DNA of 64,000 bases from Flectonema sp. DT1601 (lineage: Eukaryota). Numbering within the stretch: position 1 is the stretch's first letter; every line of letters begins with the position of its first letter. The stretch is from the NCBI GenBank assembly GCA_964019425.1, contig OZ025780.1, positions 434,001 through 498,000 of the forward strand. The letters are read 5' to 3'. A program made the position numbers and the translations under genes. Shown one piece after another: positions 59,601-64,000 of this stretch. Below the pieces are notes generated by a model. That model was not told where the DNA came from, did not search any database, and saw only the letters and a list, made by a program, of their open reading frames with translations.

Positions 59601-60507
59601 TCAGAGGTTCCGTTACTGGTTGAGTAGAAACCTTCCTATCAAAAATACTATTAATTACAACATGTGTTGAGTATCCATAACTGGGTGGTGAAGGACCGAC
59701 TGAAGCTTTATTCTCTTGAGCGAGAACAGCAAGTGGTGATCGAAGTGCAACTACCCATCGATCATCTTTTTTAAATACGATTGCCTTGCCGTCTTCCTTT
59801 ACCCACATGAAATGAGAGTTCCATTTACTATATTTATTTAATACATAAGTACCAGATGATGTAGGAGCACTGTTTACAGTAACGAGTAGTGATGAGGGAA
59901 CTTTACTATAGTCTGTACCCTCAGGGATGGTGCTGTAGCCTTCGGAGTTTTGGAGTTGTCTTCTTTGTCTTTCTTCTTCTGCTTGTGCTGCTCGGTTCTG
60001 TGCTTCTCTATTTCTCTGAAGCATCTCTCGTCTTGACTCTTCAAGTCGGTTGGCTTCTTGTTGTTCTCTAACGCGGTTGGCATTTTCTTGTTGAAGCCGT
60101 TGCTGTTCTGCACGTTCATTTTCTAACTGTCGTATATGAGCTGCTTGTTGTTCTCGCTCTTGTTGTATTTTTTGATTGTGTGCGAGATGCTCATTTCGAA
60201 TTCGTTGATTCTCAGCTTCGATTTCTCTGCGGCGTTCATCTTGTTTTCGTTGCAACTCTTCGCGTTCCAATTGCCTGGCTGCTGCCGCTTGTAATTCTCT
60301 TTCCTCCTGTTCCTTCTGCAATCTGTTATTGTTCGCAAGGTGCTCTTCTCGACTTTTTCGCTGCAACTCCTCTTCAGCTTCGATCACTCTACGTTCATTC
60401 TGTTTTCGTTGTAATTCCTCACGTTCCCTCACTTCATTAGGATTGGCAGCAACACACAGCAGTCCAAACAAGAGGAGTAGTGATATTTTAATATATCCGT
60501 TTCTCAT
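56691..60507 (-). CDS. NSF/Sec18-like AAA+ ATPase fused to a signal-peptide/coiled-coil N-terminus, 5 exons, ~1169 aa
   Basis: Exons 60507-58919, 58837-57909, 57827-57010, 56945-56821 and 56739-56691; all introns GT-AG and frame-consistent. Motifs GVGGL..EF..IFRRAFASR, GPPGTGKT, IIFDEMD and LLRPGRFEV. Confidence 0.75.
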
Positions 60508-61836
60508 ATTTAATGAGGGAGGGGACACCCTATCTGACAATGGTATGATGGATTAATTAACGATCTACACAAAAAAAAAAAAAAAAAAAAGAAAAGTTTA
60601 GAAGCTGTCGACTTTGACTTTCTTTCTCCGCTTTTCCATCACCAGGTTTCTCGTATTACTGTAAAAAAAAGAAAAAGATCTAAAAATAAAAAAAAATGGA
60701 AGAATGTTTTTTTTTTTTTTTTTTTGGAAATACATTCACAACACAACAGTGACTTGGTCACAGCAGCTGCCTTTTTTTTTTAATGTTTATTTTTTTTTTT
60801 TTAAAAAAAACTGTTTAGATTGGTGTCTCGGGTAGTTATTTATCGCAAGTATAGAGTACCTGTGCAAGTGAAAGTGACAAAGGAGAACACATCAACAAAA
60901 ACAAAAAAAAACTTCACAAAATACACATTCTACCTACATAATATTTTTTTTTTAATTCTTCCCGCACCCAAGGTCTGTCACTCACTCACAAAAAAACGTG
61001 ATCCATCAGACTGTGATACCGAGGCTAGGGGGAGGATAGTTGTTTTTTTATTTTCGTAAAAAATACAACGTTTCTTTTTTGCATCATTATCTGCTTAAAA
61101 CACGTAGCCTTTTGGAGTAATCTATTTAGGTATCGAGAATAATCCATATACCTCTTCACCTCTATTCTCTCTCTCATTAATGTGGTGTAGAAAAGGGGGG
61201 AGAGACGACGGAGTTGGTTTTTTTTTTTTTTTTTTTTTCCTTTTTTTTCCCCTTTTTTTTTCCCTTTTTTTATCCTATAACTGGAAGTTACAAATATTTA
61301 AAACAGTGCAATGACTAAAAGAAAAACGGGGAGAGAAGGGGGGGGCGGAAAAAAAAAAAGGGGGGGAAGGGGAATCACTACCAAACCGTACCAAAATGAA
61401 ATTTACCAAAATGAAACATCGAAAGGGACATTAAAAGGATAATGGGAGTTCCCTATAGTAAATAAATTTGGTCCCATAGGACCTTCCTTTTTAGGGGGGG
61501 ATTTTGGCTTTTTGCGGTTGTCTACAATAAATCTATTTATCTATGCAACCAAGAATCTCAGTAGTATTTTTCATGCACATCTTTCATTATGAGAAAGGAC
61601 ACCTTATGAGAGTCATACACACCGGGCCCTCTTATGTGTGTGCCTTCCTCTCTTCCCAACAAAAAAAACGAACGTAGTTTTATTGCTCCACACTACACTG
61701 TGATGAATGATGTCGAGTGTTTGGTTTTTTTTGTTATTTTTTGAGAATTCTCTTATGCAATCACAGCCTTCTATTTTATTAGGATAGACTTATTTTATGT
61801 ATTGAGGGAAGTCAAGAACCGACACACGTGTTGTGT

Positions 61837-63887
61837 TTATAATTCTGACAGGCTGGACAGAAATGATCGATAGCCTCCGAGAGATGTGCTGCCAACAATG
61901 ACCTCTACCTCTTTATCAGAGATGACTTCTGCAATGGCTCGGGATTCAGCATATGTGATGCCACCAATTACGAAAATATAAACACGATTTTTACACTTTG
62001 TAAGTGACCAGGGAAGAGCTGAAGGGAAAGTTGTGGCTGTGTTTGATGATGATGTGGATTTGGCATCAGTATTTCTAAGAGAAGCACCCCACTGAGAACG
62101 TGTTTGAGCACCATCTCTTGTTCGTAATGATTTTCTACCTGCAGTGCTGGTTGAGCCGACAGCTTCTCTGGAAGGCTCTTCTTGAAGAACATGAGGGCAT
62201 TCGGCTTCTGATAGACTTCCCGTTACTAAGTGTTCAGCCATAGTTCTTAAAGGTGAGATGTATCTGCTCCAGTCATACGCAGTGGATTCGCTCTTTCCTT
62301 TCTTCTTTTTAGTTTTACCGACTTGGTACCATTTCTTCTTCTCAGTCGTCACATCTAATTGGCTTAAATTATTTATTAGTATCGGAGTAGTTATTAGTGC
62401 GTTCTTCTCCCAAGAAGCATTTCCATTACAGCGAGTTGAATTTAGTCCCTGAATCCACTTTGTTTGACGATCACCAGAAACAGGACCCTGTGTGATTATA
62501 TACAACAGAAGCAATCGAAGTTTATTCGTGTATGTGTTTGATGGTTCTACCGAGTTCATGTATTCGTCTAGGTTTTTTTTAATGCCTTCTTTGTCAATCT
62601 ATTTTTTTATTTTATTTTTTTTTTTTTTTTAAAGTGACAAAAAAAATAATAACTTACCTTTGTTCCATCTGCTGCTTCGTGTGTTGCAAGCGTCTGTTCT
62701 AAATCACAAACAGTATCGAGTCCACATTTAGTCATGAGATTCATTAATGCACGATGTAGTTCTATGTGAGCCTTGTAGGACTTAATCTGAGCTGTGATGT
62801 GTGGGGTTTCCTGAATAGCCGCAGAGATTTGAGTAGTAGTGACCTCCGATGCGTTCTGTTTTCGAATATTCAGAGCTTTGCTATTTGAGACCAGTTCATT
62901 TAATTCTTTTGATAGCACGTCTCCGTTGTCAGCAATGTGAGAATGTCTCATTCTGCACCAAATCTCGTTGTCTTCATCAAATCGAAGAGATGACTTACTT
63001 TGAGGACCATCTCCCGACATGGTTACCGTCGCTCTGGTTGGGACACTTTCATCAAATTTCAACTTCACTGATGAATTATCCGGAGGCTGGTCCGCAAGCA
63101 TCGCCTGATACGTTAACTCATGTAGTAACGGTCCTATGCAGTCAAGTGACCTGTCAAGTACTAATAATGGTACTGATGTTGATGGTGGGACAGCCATGTC
63201 AATTCTTTCTGATTGAACTTTACTGAGTGTTGTTGCTAATAAGTGAGAAGCAGCACATTTACCTCCCTTTTGATGTCTTATTGAGACGGTGTCTCCCATG
63301 GTTAAGATCACGTCCATTAACTGATGGGCAATTCTGGTTGTGATCTCTTCAGTGTCTCCTTTTGCTTTTGAAAAGAAGAACGACAAATCATTCGGGATTT
63401 GAAGATTAAACAAATGAGGTTCCACAGCTAAGAATTCCACACTAAGAGACTTCAGAGTTTTTAAGTGTGATGTCAGTACCTTTGCTTCTTGTAAAGGACG
63501 AAGGTACTGAGACTTAACTTGTGAAGTAAAAAAGACATGCGCTTCAGCATAAGGCTTTGCCTTCCAACCTTTATCTTTTGAAGGCGTCCAATCATTTATT
63601 ATAAGAGAGATATTCTTTGCCGTACACTGACATAGATAGATTACGGGATTTCTTGCTAGGAATTGTCTACCGTTGCTTAAATTTTCAACCAACGGTACGC
63701 CATGTCTGGTTAGATCGTTTACCTTGTAGATACACTCTAATATAGACAGTGACCAGTCATCACATACTAATACACAACCCAGTTGTTTTACTGCTTCATT
63801 TGGTGCGCTGAATACTTCGTTCTCAAAACGTTCTCTAACTGCCTTCATCAACCCCGGGGGTTGGGGTGTTCGCCTTCCCTGTTGCAT
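61837..63887 (-). CDS. Sec1/Munc18 family protein, 2 exons, ~663 aa
   Basis: Exons 63887-62658 and 62598-61837; intron 62657-62599 (GTAAGT...TAG). Motifs LLVLDRSLD..GPLLHELTYQAM, W..MRHSHIA and IFVIGGITYAESR. Confidence 0.9.
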
Positions 63888-64000
63888 TATTGAGGAAGGG
63901 TGTCTGGGTGAAAAAGAAAAATGAAGTTTAAATATAAAAAAACGGAAACCCCTACAGATCTACCCCCCAGGTTTGGAGAAACATATACTACGGCCTCGGC

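Overview
This is eukaryotic nuclear DNA with AT-rich, homopolymer-rich spacers. All ~24 credible protein genes lie on the minus strand, as one unidirectional cluster. I reconstructed 13 GT-AG introns by hand; each restores or preserves the reading frame, and one is tentative. The strand bias, kinetoplastid-like ATP synthase beta and receptor adenylate cyclase, a triosephosphate isomerase ending in SKL, and cis-introns together suggest a euglenozoan, most likely a diplonemid (inference). Genes include two tandem Dispatched-like copies, enkurin, TRAPPC11, PIH1D3/DNAAF6, a bromodomain-like protein, kinesin, a mitochondrial carrier, SASA and SGNH esterases, SPEF1, TPI, ABC-F, JMJD6, adenylate cyclase, ATP synthase beta, an NSF-like ATPase and Sec1. 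Three observations stand out. (1) The same 187-189 bp unit forms tandem arrays inside introns of two unrelated genes, with a shared end point and an antisense mini-intron in each unit. (2) Cis-intron acceptors are uniformly A/C-rich, while the AG sites checked upstream of start codons are U-rich. (3) An NSF D1-D2 module is spliced in frame to a signal-peptide-bearing N-terminus.
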